Shown: positions 29,999 to 40,293, counted from the stretch's first letter. The stretch: 64,000 nt of DNA from an uncultured Collinsella sp. (GCA_902475245.1 CABRYP010000004.1:18482-82481); one strand, 5' to 3'. Made by a program: numbers and translations. Notes: generated by a model not told the origin, from the sequence alone.

Positions 29999-32900
29999 AT
30001 GGGGGAACTCGAGCGCAGCATGCGCGATGACGTGGGGCAGCCTCAGGGCAACGCTCCAAGTACAGACAATGGGGGACAAATGGATATGTTTGAGGACGAG
30101 CGCAAGCGCGCCTCGTTGCGTCGCCATGGGGCGATCGCGCGCGGCGTAGCCAAGCGCGGCCTGGTGGCATTCCTGGCCTTCGCGATGGCCTTTGGCACCA
30201 CACCGGCCCAGCTGTGGGCCGATGGCGCCGAGGGCATTGCCGAGGCCGTGGCTCAGGCCACAACGCCGAGCGAGGGCGCGCAGGCCACGGACGGTGCTGC
30301 AGATACTACCGCGGCTGCTGCCGACGCAAACGATTCGGCTGCAGGTGGCTCCTCCGAAACTGGGGATACGGGTTCGGCCGCGCCTGACAACGTGAGCGAT
30401 GATGCATCGGACGACCCCGCTGCGTCAGACCCTGCTTCGGCCACCCCGGCGAGCGAGGCGTCTGACACCACCGCCGAGACCGGTGACGCGACTGCGGTGG
30501 CCAGCGAGCCCAGTGTTGCCAAGGCCGCGTCTCGTGCCGCTGATACGTTTTCCTCGAATAATGGTGTCAGCGTCGGAAAAAGCCAGTCGCCTTCTCGTTG
30601 GGCTGGCTCTAACTTCACCGCTTTTATCCAGAGCAATACTACGCTCTATGCGAATGTTTGGACTTCGTCCAGCAAGCGCGCCAGCGCTTCGGGCTGCACC
30701 TATCAGTGGCTTGCTGCCGACATCAGCAACAAGAGCGATGCGGACAATTCCGCATTTGTTCCTGTCGAGGGCCAGACGGGCGCATCGATCGTTTTGGACG
30801 ATGCCCTGCGTACTCAGCTTAACGGCAAGTGCCTGCGCGTACGCATTACCGATGCAAGCGGTAACGTCATCTACGGCCCGACCAAGGGCGCCAACAACCA
30901 AAAGCTGACGGCGACGAACACCATCAAGGCACCCGTTCCTACCAAGACGGCCCTGGATGCAAAGTCTTATGTCCTCATCCAGTCTTCGGCAGACGATTCG
31001 AGCTCGTATTCGTCCGTCAAGGCCGAGATACTGAACCCTGGCACTACACTTTGGGCGAATGCCTACGACGGCGAAGCGGTCCCCAATAAGCGTATTGCGG
31101 CGCAGGGTGGCTGGACCTATCAGTGGCTTGCGTCCGATACGCGCGATGCCGAGGACTCTGCCTATCAGGTGATTCCCGGTCAGACCGGCCAGTCGCTAAC
31201 GATTACGGACGAACTCGCCTCGCAGCTTGCGGGCAAGTACATTCGCGTTAAGGTTGTCGGCGATGGCCAGGAGCTGTACGGTCCGAGCAGCTCTTTCGGG
31301 ACGCCCGCGTCTGTTGGCTACAATACGCCGGGTCCTGTTGCCGCGAGTGACCAGATCGCGTTAGGCCACATCGTTCTCGCCTATAACGGCGCCGAATTTG
31401 GCGACGATTATGAGAACGTCCCCAACGCTAACGTCGGTGACACGATTAAGGCTGCCGCCTACTACCTTAACTACGACACGCCGGCTGACCTCTATGGCTC
31501 CGACAAGGTCGATTTTTCTTGGTGGGTGGCCGATTCTGCTGACGGCACGTTCGAGCAGGTTGCAACTGGTGATACCTTCACGGTTACCAAGGAGTGCGCG
31601 AACCGCTACCTCAAGGTGGTCGCTAAGGCCAAGAAGGGTATCCCCGGCTCCGATAGCTGTGAGACCAAGGCGGGCCGCATTCTGCCCAAGGGCGCGACGA
31701 CGCTCGATTCAGTTGCATTTACCAATGCGAGCAAGGGCGCCAAGGACACTGGCTCTACGATTGAGGCGTGCGCCTACAAGGCGGTCGATTACTCGTCTGA
31801 GCCGGTTACCGAGGGCGTTACCTACACGTGGCGTTGGTCCTCTGTCGACCCGTCTTCCTCTGCGTTTGATGCGAAGACCGACTGGCATGTGGCCGAGGGC
31901 AAAACCGACAGCAGCTTTACGATTCCCGATGACTACGCCAAGCGCTGGGTGAGCGTGTCGGCCACTGCGGGCGATAACACCGTAGAGGCGACTACTGCTG
32001 TGGCCGTTAAGGCCGCAGGCTCGCACGAGCTGTTCCTGGCGTATCTCAAAAAGATCGTCGGCGATCAGAGCGATGACGCCAAGTTTGTCTACAAGAGTGG
32101 CGAAAAGATCGGTGTTACTGCATTCGAGAAGACGTCTGCAGGAACAAAGGGTGCCGAGCTTACATCTGATCAACTGACGTATACGTGGCAGATTGCCGAT
32201 AGCGCCCAGGGTCCGTTCACGACGCTGACGGATGAGAACGCGCACAGGCCGTCGTTCGTAATTTCGCAAAAGTACGTCGGCAAGTACCTCAAGTGCATCG
32301 TCGACGGTGGCTACAACACCGACTATGCCTCCACGCGTTATGCCATCGTCAAGGGCGAAGATGCCAAGGCGTATACCCTGACATCGGTTAATGTCGCTTC
32401 GAGCGGCAACCTTGCACAGGTCGGCGGAACGCTTACCCCTACTGCCAATTACATGGCAACGGGCGATTGGGGCGATTACGAGACGGCACTCCCCGAGGGC
32501 TCCCTCGTCGATTACCGCTGGTATCTCGCCGATGACGCTGAGGGCACAAATGCCCACGAGCTGTTTGGCGCCGACGAAACGACCGGCGCGATCACGCTTC
32601 CCGCCTCGGCTGAGGGCAAATACGCCTATGTCGTGGCAAACGCCGGCAACAACGATGTCAAGAGCACCGCTTGGCTCGTTAATTCTTCCGACGAAAAGTC
32701 TCTTTCCGTTAACGTCAGGGTTGTAGGCGTAAGCAAGCACGATGTCGGTCAGTCCTATGACCTTGTGGACTGGGTGCCGACGGCCTCGTTTGAGTGGTCG
32801 AGTACCCAAAAAATGTCTGCCTGGGACATCTTTGCCAAGGTGCTTGACGACGCCGGCTATAGCTATAGCACGGACGGCGGCGTTCCCTATTCGGTTACGA

Positions 32901-35900
32901 ACCCCGATAAGTCCCAGACGCTCGCGATGGAAAACACGGCGTCCGGCTATAAGTACTGGCGTTTTGATATTAATGGCAAGGCTGCCAACTCTTATGCCAC
33001 GGGCTACTACCCGAGCGATGGCGACACGCTCGAGCTCGTGTACGAGGATCCCACGGGCACGGTTTCCACGCAGGTTTCCGCGACGTGTTCGGTCGTCGGC
33101 ACCGACGCTAAGGGTGCTCAGCAGACCTGGGCCGCCGCTCAGAGCATTACGCTGAAGAAGGGCTCGACCGCGGCCGACCTCTCCGAGCAGCTCTTCAAGC
33201 AGACCGGCCTCAAGGCGGACTACGACCCCAACGGCTCCTGGGGCTGGGCGCTCAATTCGATCACGTCGCCCTTCGACTCCGGCCGCACGCTCGCCTACGA
33301 CCCGACGACCGAAGCGTACTGGCAGCTGTTCATCAACGGCAAGTCCTCCATGGTCGGCGCCGGCGGCTACACGCTCAAGGCCGGCGACTCCGTCGTCTGG
33401 TACTACTCGAAGTACAACGACCCCGCTCCTGCCGATCAGCTTTCGGTAAGCTGCACCGTTATCGGCCAGGATGCTTCGGGCGCCCGGCAGACGTGGGCAC
33501 AGCCTACGACAGCTCTCGTGGACGAGGGAACAACAGCTGCTGACCTTTCCGAGCAGATCTTTAAAAAGTCTGGCATTGGCGCCAAAACGGGGGAGAGCTC
33601 GTTTGGCTGGTATCTCGAGTCGCTGACCTCGCCGTTCGAAAAGAACGTGACCCTCTCGAGCGAGAAGGTTGACGAAAACACCTGGAAATATTGGCAGTTC
33701 TTTGTCAATGGCAAGCCTGTTGATGTTGGTGCGGGCGCCTATACGCTTAAGGCAAGCGACGAGATTGCTTGGGTCTATGGCTCCGACGGCACCATGCCTG
33801 GTCAGGTCTCCGTTTCGATGGAGATCATCGGCAAGAAGGACGATAAGGCTCAGCGCTGGACTGATCCTTCGATGCAGGTGTTTGTCGAGGGCGCGACGAT
33901 CAAGGATGCCTCTGCTGCCTACTTCGATGCCGTTGGCGTCAAGTCCAAGATGTACGACCAATTTGGTTATTGGGGCGTTCACACTCTTGTCTCTCCGCTT
34001 GATGGCACCGAGCTGTCGGGTGCTTGGTCGTTCTTTGTCAACGGCGTTCCTGGGTCTCAGCTCGATAGCGACTATGTGCTCAAGTCGGGTGACAAGATCG
34101 TCTGGGCTTATGCTGCTGGCGATACCGTTCCTAATCCCGATGAAGTCGTAGTTGATCCGAGCGCTTCGCGCCCGACCGATTGGAAAGCCGACTGGAGCGG
34201 CAATTCCAATGCGGTGGTCGAGAACGTGTCCACGCCTACGGGCGCGCTGGCAAGCTCTTGGACGTTTGATTGGAAGGCCTATTCGGGCGCCACGTACCCC
34301 AACGCGAGCGAGCCGATTGTCGTAAACGGCAATGTGTATCTCGCCGTCAACAAGCGCCTGCTTAAGATCGATGCCGAGTCGGGCAAGGTGCTGGCCGAGT
34401 CGAATCTTAAGACTGCGATTGGCTACACGACGCGTCCGATTTATACGAACGGCTTGGTCATCGTCCCGCTCGATGGCGGTGCGGTCCAGGCTCTGACGGC
34501 CGATACGCTCACGACGGTTTGGGTTACCGACCCTGTGAGCAAAACTGCTCAGTCGAATTCTCAGCTGACGGTCGATGGCAACTATCTCTATGTCGGCACC
34601 GTTGATGTCGACTATGGTAAGGGCGTGTATAACAACGGCCATCTGACGCGCATCAATATCCTGACCGGTGCCGTTTCCTGGCAGCACGTCAACGCCGATG
34701 AGGGTTATTACTGGACGGGCGCTACCGTGGGTGACGGCTTTATTCTGGTTCCCACCAGCGCCGGTACCGTTGAGATGCTCAGCAAGTCTTCGGGCGCTGT
34801 GCTTGGAAGCGTTTCCGTTGGGGCTATCGTTAACTCCTCCTGTGTGCTCTCCGCCGACGGTAGCCATGCTTATCTGATTTCGCGCGATGGCAAGCTGCAC
34901 GTTTTGGCGATTTCTGACGGTAGTTCGCGTGATGCGGATGCCGCTTCGCGCATTTCCGAAGAGCGCGTCGTCGACCTGGGTCTTACGGGATGCGCCTGCA
35001 TGCCTACGCTGTATGGCAACAAGCTGATTGTCGGCGGCGAGGTTTCCGGTGGCTCTGCGCTGGCGATTGTCGACCTTGATAATGACTTTGCTACGACGTT
35101 GGTTTCGTCTGCTGATGGCTCCGCGCTTCCCATCGGCGGCATCAAGGGTGCACCGCTCGTGAGCGCCCAGGCAGATGGCACGTATGTCTACTTCACGGTT
35201 AACTACGGTGCGACTTCCGACTATGTGAACTACACCTCGGGCGGCGGTGTCTATCGCTACAAGCTGGGTGACGCGCAGGCGACCGGTGCGTTTAGCGCAA
35301 CGGGACACAACAACTACTGCGACTCGCCGATTGCCTGCGACGCCAAGGGCAACCTCTACTACATCAACGATTCCGGCACGTTGTTCAAGCTGAATGGTGG
35401 CGTTAAGGTCTCGTTCGAGACTGGCGAGGGTTCCAAGGTCGATTTCCAGACTACGGCCGACGGCAAGCTGGTTAAGCCTGCCGATCCGACGCGTGAGGGC
35501 TACACCTTCGGTGGCTGGTACACCGATGAGGCTTGCACGGAGGCGTATGACTTCAGCACGCCGGTGACGGCCGATATGACGCTGTATGCCAAGTGGACCA
35601 AGAACGCCGTTAACCCTGACGGCAATGGCGGTTCTGGCTCTAACGGTGGCAGCGGCTCCGGCACTGGTGCTGGTACCGGCGCGGGCACTGGCTCCGGCTC
35701 GAAGGGTGGCGCTGTCGCCCCGGGTCAGAAGCCGGTGACCAAGACGACGGTGTCGACCAAGAGCGGGACCAAGGACAACAAGTCCGACAAGAAGGACTCC
35801 GACAAGTCCGACAAGAAGGACGAGAAGAAGTCTGACAAGAAGGACGGCAAGTCCGACAAGGCATCCGCTTCCACGACCACTGCCAAGAAGTCCACTGAGG

Positions 35901-36028
35901 CTTCCGCGCAGGAGTCTGGCCTCAACCCGCTCGCTATTGTCGGCATCGCGGCCGGCGTGATCGGCCTCGCGCTCATCGCCGTCTTCATGCTGACCAAGCG
36001 CGGCAAGGGTGACGGTAATGCCCGATAA
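29999..36028 (+). CDS. Giant membrane-anchored surface protein: Ig-like repeats, 4x DUF4430/transcobalamin-like domains, PQQ-like beta-propeller, InlB B-repeat, C-terminal TM
   Basis: Signal-like hydrophobic N-region; repeated 'TYQW/TYTW'; four 'YWxFxxNG..GA..Y.LKxGDx(I/V)xWxY' units; 'PADPTREGYTFGGWY..LYAKW'; TM + KRGK tail. Start uncertain (29999 or 30080). Confidence 0.85.
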   Translation: MGELERSMRDDVGQPQGNAPSTDNGGQMDMFEDERKRASLRRHGAIARGVAKRGLVAFLAFAMAFGTTPAQLWADGAEGIAEAVAQATTPSEGAQATDGAADTTAAAADANDSAAGGSSETGDTGSAAPDNVSDDASDDPAASDPASATPASEASDTTAETGDATAVASEPSVAKAASRAADTFSSNNGVSVGKSQSPSRWAGSNFTAFIQSNTTLYANVWTSSSKRASASGCTYQWLAADISNKSDADNSAFVPVEGQTGASIVLDDALRTQLNGKCLRVRITDASGNVIYGPTKGANNQKLTATNTIKAPVPTKTALDAKSYVLIQSSADDSSSYSSVKAEILNPGTTLWANAYDGEAVPNKRIAAQGGWTYQWLASDTRDAEDSAYQVIPGQTGQSLTITDELASQLAGKYIRVKVVGDGQELYGPSSSFGTPASVGYNTPGPVAASDQIALGHIVLAYNGAEFGDDYENVPNANVGDTIKAAAYYLNYDTPADLYGSDKVDFSWWVADSADGTFEQVATGDTFTVTKECANRYLKVVAKAKKGIPGSDSCETKAGRILPKGATTLDSVAFTNASKGAKDTGSTIEACAYKAVDYSSEPVTEGVTYTWRWSSVDPSSSAFDAKTDWHVAEGKTDSSFTIPDDYAKRWVSVSATAGDNTVEATTAVAVKAAGSHELFLAYLKKIVGDQSDDAKFVYKSGEKIGVTAFEKTSAGTKGAELTSDQLTYTWQIADSAQGPFTTLTDENAHRPSFVISQKYVGKYLKCIVDGGYNTDYASTRYAIVKGEDAKAYTLTSVNVASSGNLAQVGGTLTPTANYMATGDWGDYETALPEGSLVDYRWYLADDAEGTNAHELFGADETTGAITLPASAEGKYAYVVANAGNNDVKSTAWLVNSSDEKSLSVNVRVVGVSKHDVGQSYDLVDWVPTASFEWSSTQKMSAWDIFAKVLDDAGYSYSTDGGVPYSVTNPDKSQTLAMENTASGYKYWRFDINGKAANSYATGYYPSDGDTLELVYEDPTGTVSTQVSATCSVVGTDAKGAQQTWAAAQSITLKKGSTAADLSEQLFKQTGLKADYDPNGSWGWALNSITSPFDSGRTLAYDPTTEAYWQLFINGKSSMVGAGGYTLKAGDSVVWYYSKYNDPAPADQLSVSCTVIGQDASGARQTWAQPTTALVDEGTTAADLSEQIFKKSGIGAKTGESSFGWYLESLTSPFEKNVTLSSEKVDENTWKYWQFFVNGKPVDVGAGAYTLKASDEIAWVYGSDGTMPGQVSVSMEIIGKKDDKAQRWTDPSMQVFVEGATIKDASAAYFDAVGVKSKMYDQFGYWGVHTLVSPLDGTELSGAWSFFVNGVPGSQLDSDYVLKSGDKIVWAYAAGDTVPNPDEVVVDPSASRPTDWKADWSGNSNAVVENVSTPTGALASSWTFDWKAYSGATYPNASEPIVVNGNVYLAVNKRLLKIDAESGKVLAESNLKTAIGYTTRPIYTNGLVIVPLDGGAVQALTADTLTTVWVTDPVSKTAQSNSQLTVDGNYLYVGTVDVDYGKGVYNNGHLTRINILTGAVSWQHVNADEGYYWTGATVGDGFILVPTSAGTVEMLSKSSGAVLGSVSVGAIVNSSCVLSADGSHAYLISRDGKLHVLAISDGSSRDADAASRISEERVVDLGLTGCACMPTLYGNKLIVGGEVSGGSALAIVDLDNDFATTLVSSADGSALPIGGIKGAPLVSAQADGTYVYFTVNYGATSDYVNYTSGGGVYRYKLGDAQATGAFSATGHNNYCDSPIACDAKGNLYYINDSGTLFKLNGGVKVSFETGEGSKVDFQTTADGKLVKPADPTREGYTFGGWYTDEACTEAYDFSTPVTADMTLYAKWTKNAVNPDGNGGSGSNGGSGSGTGAGTGAGTGSGSKGGAVAPGQKPVTKTTVSTKSGTKDNKSDKKDSDKSDKKDEKKSDKKDGKSDKASASTTTAKKSTEASAQESGLNPLAIVGIAAGVIGLALIAVFMLTKRGKGDGNAR

Positions 36029-36920
36029 GCCCAAGGGGACCAACGGGCAGCAGCCCGACTCCTCGTTTATCCAGCTCGACGATGCAAAGCAAAAGGGCGC
36101 CGCTTCGGCGGCGTCCGCCCCGCGGCGCAAGGCGATGCTTGGCGCTCTGACCGCGGTTTGTATCGCGTTGATCGTCGTATCGCTGGGCTTTGTCCACCCC
36201 TCCGAGAGCGGCGCCTGGTCCATTGATTGGATCGTCCAGACCGTGACGGGGGAGAGCGTCGTCGCCAATGATGCCAAGGTGCCTGGTTCGGCTGCTGCTT
36301 CTAGCAAGGCCGACTCCAAGAATTCCAAGGTTTCGGGCGATGCGAAAGATAAGTCCAAGGACTCGGGTGACGCCAAGGGCGATTCCGAGTCTTCGAACAA
36401 GAGCTCGGATAAAAACTCGGAAGGCAAAAAGTCCGAAGAGCAGGATGGCAAGAAGTCTGGCGAAGCATCGGTTTCTCAGAATACCGGAGCTGCCGATACG
36501 TCCAACACGTCTGGCGGTGCCTCTTCGGGCGGTGGCCAGTCGTCTGGCGGGGCCACGGCCTCTAACGGCGGAGGCGCTTCCACGGGCGGCCAGGGTGGCT
36601 CGCAGGAGTCTGGATACGTTACTGTGTCGGTCTCGGTTACGTCGAGTGCCGTGGGCAATCCTGTGTCCGCCGGCGGCACCTATACCTTTAACGAAGGTGC
36701 CACCGTCTACGACGCCCTATGCGCGCTCGGGCTTTCCGTCAACGCACACGGCTCATCGTACGGCACGTATGTCGCCGCGATCGGCGGTTTGGCCGAGAAG
36801 CAGTATGGCGGCACGAGCGGTTGGATGTACTCTGTCAACGGCTCGACGCCCATGACGGCCTGCAGCAACTACGTTCTCTCCAACGGCGACAACGTCGTCT
36901 GGTATTACGTAACAGGCTAG
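36018..36920 (+). CDS. DUF4430 domain membrane-anchored protein
   Basis: N-terminal TM, Ser/Lys/Gly linker, 'TVYDAL', 'YVAAIGGLAEKQYGGTSGWMYSVNG..P..ACSNYVLSNGDNVVWYY'; start overlaps upstream stop. Confidence 0.88.
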   Translation: MPDKPKGTNGQQPDSSFIQLDDAKQKGAASAASAPRRKAMLGALTAVCIALIVVSLGFVHPSESGAWSIDWIVQTVTGESVVANDAKVPGSAAASSKADSKNSKVSGDAKDKSKDSGDAKGDSESSNKSSDKNSEGKKSEEQDGKKSGEASVSQNTGAADTSNTSGGASSGGGQSSGGATASNGGGASTGGQGGSQESGYVTVSVSVTSSAVGNPVSAGGTYTFNEGATVYDALCALGLSVNAHGSSYGTYVAAIGGLAEKQYGGTSGWMYSVNGSTPMTACSNYVLSNGDNVVWYYVTG

Positions 36921-36989
36921 GGATCTCAACATAACGCACGGAACGGGCAGCTCGGACAAACATCCAGGCCGCCCGTTTTTTGATGCGAA

Positions 36990-37158
36990 TGGGACGGAGT
37001 TTCCCAATCAAGGCTCAACCGGAAAGCGCATCCCACTTTTGAGCTGAATTCTGGGATGCACTTTCCGGTTGGAGTTCTATTGGGAAACTGTGTCCCGTTT
37101 TGAGGTCCTATTCTGGGATGCGGTTTCCCCGGGGAGGCCCATGGGAAAGCGTGTCCCA
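36990..37158. repeat. Array of six alternately oriented ~16-bp motifs (TGGGA-N5-TTTCC), ~62-bp period
   Basis: Forward units at 36990, 37052, 37114; reverse units at ~37021, 37081, 37142. Confidence 0.75.
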
Positions 37159-37218
37159 TTTCGGCATCGTGATCCGTCTCGTGCGCTCTTATCGGCAATT
37201 ATAGAAAGCTCGGCAAAC

Positions 37219-37255
37219 AAAAAGCCGGCTGGAACGTGATGTTCCAGCCGGCTTT
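37219..37255. terminator. Bidirectional terminator
   Basis: AAAGCCGGCTGGAAC-gtgat-GTTCCAGCCGGCTTT between convergent genes. Confidence 0.75.
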
Positions 37256-37279
37256 GCGTTCAAGCATATGTTCGGCAAT

Positions 37280-37687
37280 CTACGACCTTGCGCCTTCGAG
37301 GAAGAAGCGGCGGCTGAAGTAGTTGTACCAGGTGACCAGGAACGTGGCGATGGCCTTCATGGCCTGGTAGCCGATACTCAAAAACGTGACGCCCACAAAC
37401 ATGTACAGGTCGTTGAGGCCCAGGCCAATCACCGACAGGATGGTGAAGATCGTGAACTCGCGCTTGCGGCTCATGCCCTCGCGGTGATCGAACACGTACT
37501 TCATGCTGAGCCAGTAGTTGACCACAACGGACGTGATGAACGAGGCCGTGGTGCTCATCAAAAAGTCGAGGTGGAACAGCTCGACCAGCGCAATGAGCAT
37601 GCCCCAGTCGATGCCAAAGGAGATAAGACCCACGACGGCGAACTTGAGGAACTGCTTGGTATGAGGTTGTGCCAGCGCCTTGCGCAC
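37280..37687 (-). CDS. GtrA family membrane protein
   Basis: 'QFLKFAVVG', 'NYWLSMKYVF', four TMs; start uncertain (GTG 37687). Confidence 0.85.
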   Translation of the reverse strand: MRKALAQPHTKQFLKFAVVGLISFGIDWGMLIALVELFHLDFLMSTTASFITSVVVNYWLSMKYVFDHREGMSRKREFTIFTILSVIGLGLNDLYMFVGVTFLSIGYQAMKAIATFLVTWYNYFSRRFFLEGARS

Positions 37688-37902
37688 GTAATCACATCCA
37701 ATGCGTTTGATGAATCGAGCAGACGATACTTTAGAGCTTTTGAAAGCGAAACGTAAGGGCTTTGCCAAGAACTATACGAACTCGCCAGATTTGCAAGAGC
37801 TAATCCGCAAACGTTGAAAAGTTGCCCGCAAACGAAAGGGGCCCGGGGCAACGTCACGAATGGTGAACGTTGTCCCGGGCCCTGCTGCGAGCGGATACGC
37901 CC

Positions 37903-38298
37903 TTATTTGGACTCTTCGCCCTCCAGGAAGATCTTTCGGGTCACAAAGTTGTAGACCATAACAAGCGCGGTGGCGCAAATCTTGGCGATATTGGCCTCGA
38001 GGCCCAGGCCGGCGTTGAGGGCCAGCACGATGCCGTCGTTGAGTGCCAGGCCAATAACAGACAACACGACAAAGATAATGAACTCGCGGCGGCGGCTCAT
38101 GCCCTCCTTGTGCGCAAACACGTACTTCATGCTCGCGACGTAGTTAAAGATGAGCGAGACGATAAAGCCGCTGGTGTTGGCGATCAGGATATTGAGGCCT
38201 AGGCCGTAGTGGAGCAGATTCATGATGCCAAAGTCGATGACGGTGGCAATGACGCCGACGACGCCAAACTTCATGATCTGCGCAAGGAGCTTTTGCAT
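37903..38298 (-). CDS. GtrA family membrane protein (tandem paralog)
   Basis: 'QIMKFGVVG', 'FNYVASMKYVF.H.EGMSR.REF', 'YNFVTRKIF'. Confidence 0.88.
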   Translation of the reverse strand: MQKLLAQIMKFGVVGVIATVIDFGIMNLLHYGLGLNILIANTSGFIVSLIFNYVASMKYVFAHKEGMSRRREFIIFVVLSVIGLALNDGIVLALNAGLGLEANIAKICATALVMVYNFVTRKIFLEGEESK

Positions 38299-38376
38299 GG
38301 TACCTGCCTTAGGGTGGCGTCGGGGCGCCGTGGGGATGACAAACTCAGCAAGTTTAGCCAATCCCCGCAGGCGGGG

Positions 38377-40293
38377 CTAGGCGCGCTCCTCGATAGCACC
38401 GTTTCTATATGCATCGAGCAGCTGGCGCAGATCCTGGATCTGGCTGCGAATTTTGGCGCCAGTATCGGTGTCGCTCACCATGCGGCGACGGTCTGCTTGG
38501 TCAAAACGGTTGGTCTCGCTTTCGATGTCCACGTTGCGGGTGAGCGCCTCGGCAACGGTGGTAAAGGCCTGGTGCGACTTGAGGCGGCATCCGCGCGAAC
38601 TCGAGATGAGCGTGTAGCCGGCGATGCCCGTTTTGGGGTGGTAGGCGCGGCAGAAACCGCCGTCGATGACCAGCAGCTTGCCGTTGGCACGGATGGGCTG
38701 CTCGCCCCTGGTGGTCTTGACCGGGGTGTGGCCGTTGATGATGTGTCCTGTTGGCGAGCAGGCCATGGGAGTGACGCCAAACTCGCGCATGATGTCGTCG
38801 CAAACGGATGACGACGTGGTGAGCGTATAGTACGGGTCCATCGGCTCGACCCACGTGCTCTTGTCGGCGATGTAGGCGCGCTCGAACGTGCGCACCAGAC
38901 GTCCGCTGGCGGGTGAGTTAAAGCCGATCCACAGGTACCACATCCAGTCGAGGGCATCGCGGTCGCCGACGCGCCAGGCGCGGCGGGCGATATGGTCGCA
39001 GAAATCAAAATAATCGCGGCCGGCGTGCCACGTACCCAGGCAGTTCATACTGCTAAAGGTGCCGTCTTCGTTGAGCGGCACGCAGCCGTGGAACAGCAGG
39101 TTGCCGTTGGCGACCTTATACATGGAGCCGTGGGTATAGAGGAAATCGATGTGGCGATGCAGGTGATCGGCGGTGACAAACTCGGACACGAGCTTGTCGA
39201 TGATGTGCTGCTCCTCGGGCGTGAGCGTGTAGGGGTCCGCCGGATCGACGGTGGGGAAGTCGTTGGTCGTGAGCGGCCACACGCTGCCGTCGGCAAGCGT
39301 GACTGTGCCGGCGTCGTGATCGATCTTGTCGAGCAGCAGGCGGTCGGCCATGTCGAACTCGGGGTGGCGCTGGATAATCTGGCCCTCGAGCTTAAAGAGC
39401 AGGACATTAATGGCTTTGATCAGCGGGCTTATCGGCTCGCCGGCGGTATAGGTGGCGTCGGCGAAGGCAACAAGCTCGCGCAGCGAGATGCCATAGTCGT
39501 TCTCGAGAATCTCGTAGTTGTCGTAGCGCAGGTTGTTGCGCAGCACCGTGGCGATGCAGGCGGGCTCACCGGCCGCAGCGCCCATCCACAGCAGATCGTG
39601 GTTACCCCACTGAATATCGAGCGAATGATAGGTGAGCAGGCGGTCCATAATCTTGGCCGCACCGCCGCCACGGTCGAAGATGTCGCCCACCAAGTGCAGG
39701 TGGTCGACGGCGAGGCGCTTGATGAGCGAGGCAAGCGACTCGATAAAGTCGTCGGCGCTGGCGGTCTCCAAGATGGATTCGATAATGCGCTCGTGATAAC
39801 GCACGCGGTAGTTGTTCTTGTCTGGATGCGTGTGCAGCAACTCGTCGATGATGTAGGCGTAATCGCGCGGGATGGCCTTACGCACCTTGGAGCGGGTGTA
39901 GCGACTCGAAAGCGAGCGGGCAACCACAATGAGCTGGTCGAGCATGGTCTTGTACCAGGTGGGCGAGTCCTCGCGCCGGCTGCGGACAAGATCGATCTTC
40001 TCGCGCGGATAGTAGATGAGCGTGCACAGCTCGCCCTTTTCGTCAAAGGAGAGCGTGTCGCCAAAGATCTCGTCGACATGCTCGCGCACGACGCCCGAGC
40101 AGTTGTTGAGGATGTGCATAAAGGCTTCGTATTCGCCATGCACATCGCTCATAAAATGCTCGGTGCCCTTGGGCAGGTTGAGGATGGCCGAGAGGTTGAT
40201 GATCTCGGTGAATGCGGATTGCTCGGCGGGGAACTGTCTCGACAGCAGGCGCAGATACTTGAAGTCTTGCGGATTGCGATCGAATGCGACCAT
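38377..40293 (-). CDS. fbp: Fructose-1,6-bisphosphatase class 3
   Basis: 'EIINL.AILNLPKGTEHF.SD.HGE', 'GDIFDRG', 'QWGNHD', 'NGHTPVK', 'IDGGF..AY...TGIAGYTL'. Confidence 0.95.
   Translation of the reverse strand: MVAFDRNPQDFKYLRLLSRQFPAEQSAFTEIINLSAILNLPKGTEHFMSDVHGEYEAFMHILNNCSGVVREHVDEIFGDTLSFDEKGELCTLIYYPREKIDLVRSRREDSPTWYKTMLDQLIVVARSLSSRYTRSKVRKAIPRDYAYIIDELLHTHPDKNNYRVRYHERIIESILETASADDFIESLASLIKRLAVDHLHLVGDIFDRGGGAAKIMDRLLTYHSLDIQWGNHDLLWMGAAAGEPACIATVLRNNLRYDNYEILENDYGISLRELVAFADATYTAGEPISPLIKAINVLLFKLEGQIIQRHPEFDMADRLLLDKIDHDAGTVTLADGSVWPLTTNDFPTVDPADPYTLTPEEQHIIDKLVSEFVTADHLHRHIDFLYTHGSMYKVANGNLLFHGCVPLNEDGTFSSMNCLGTWHAGRDYFDFCDHIARRAWRVGDRDALDWMWYLWIGFNSPASGRLVRTFERAYIADKSTWVEPMDPYYTLTTSSSVCDDIMREFGVTPMACSPTGHIINGHTPVKTTRGEQPIRANGKLLVIDGGFCRAYHPKTGIAGYTLISSSRGCRLKSHQAFTTVAEALTRNVDIESETNRFDQADRRRMVSDTDTGAKIRSQIQDLRQLLDAYRNGAIEERA

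Noticed and set aside
35600..35870. Low-complexity Gly/Ser/Thr and KSDKKD repeats
   Set aside because: Ordinary cell-wall-spanning linker of the surface protein, not a separate element.
31709..36451. 1580-aa antisense ORF
   Set aside because: Shadow frame opposite the giant surface protein gene; no recognisable motifs, and such frames are expected in GC-rich coding DNA.
36990..37158. Possible CRISPR array
   Set aside because: Units alternate in orientation, are degenerate and have short linkers; no cas genes in the window.
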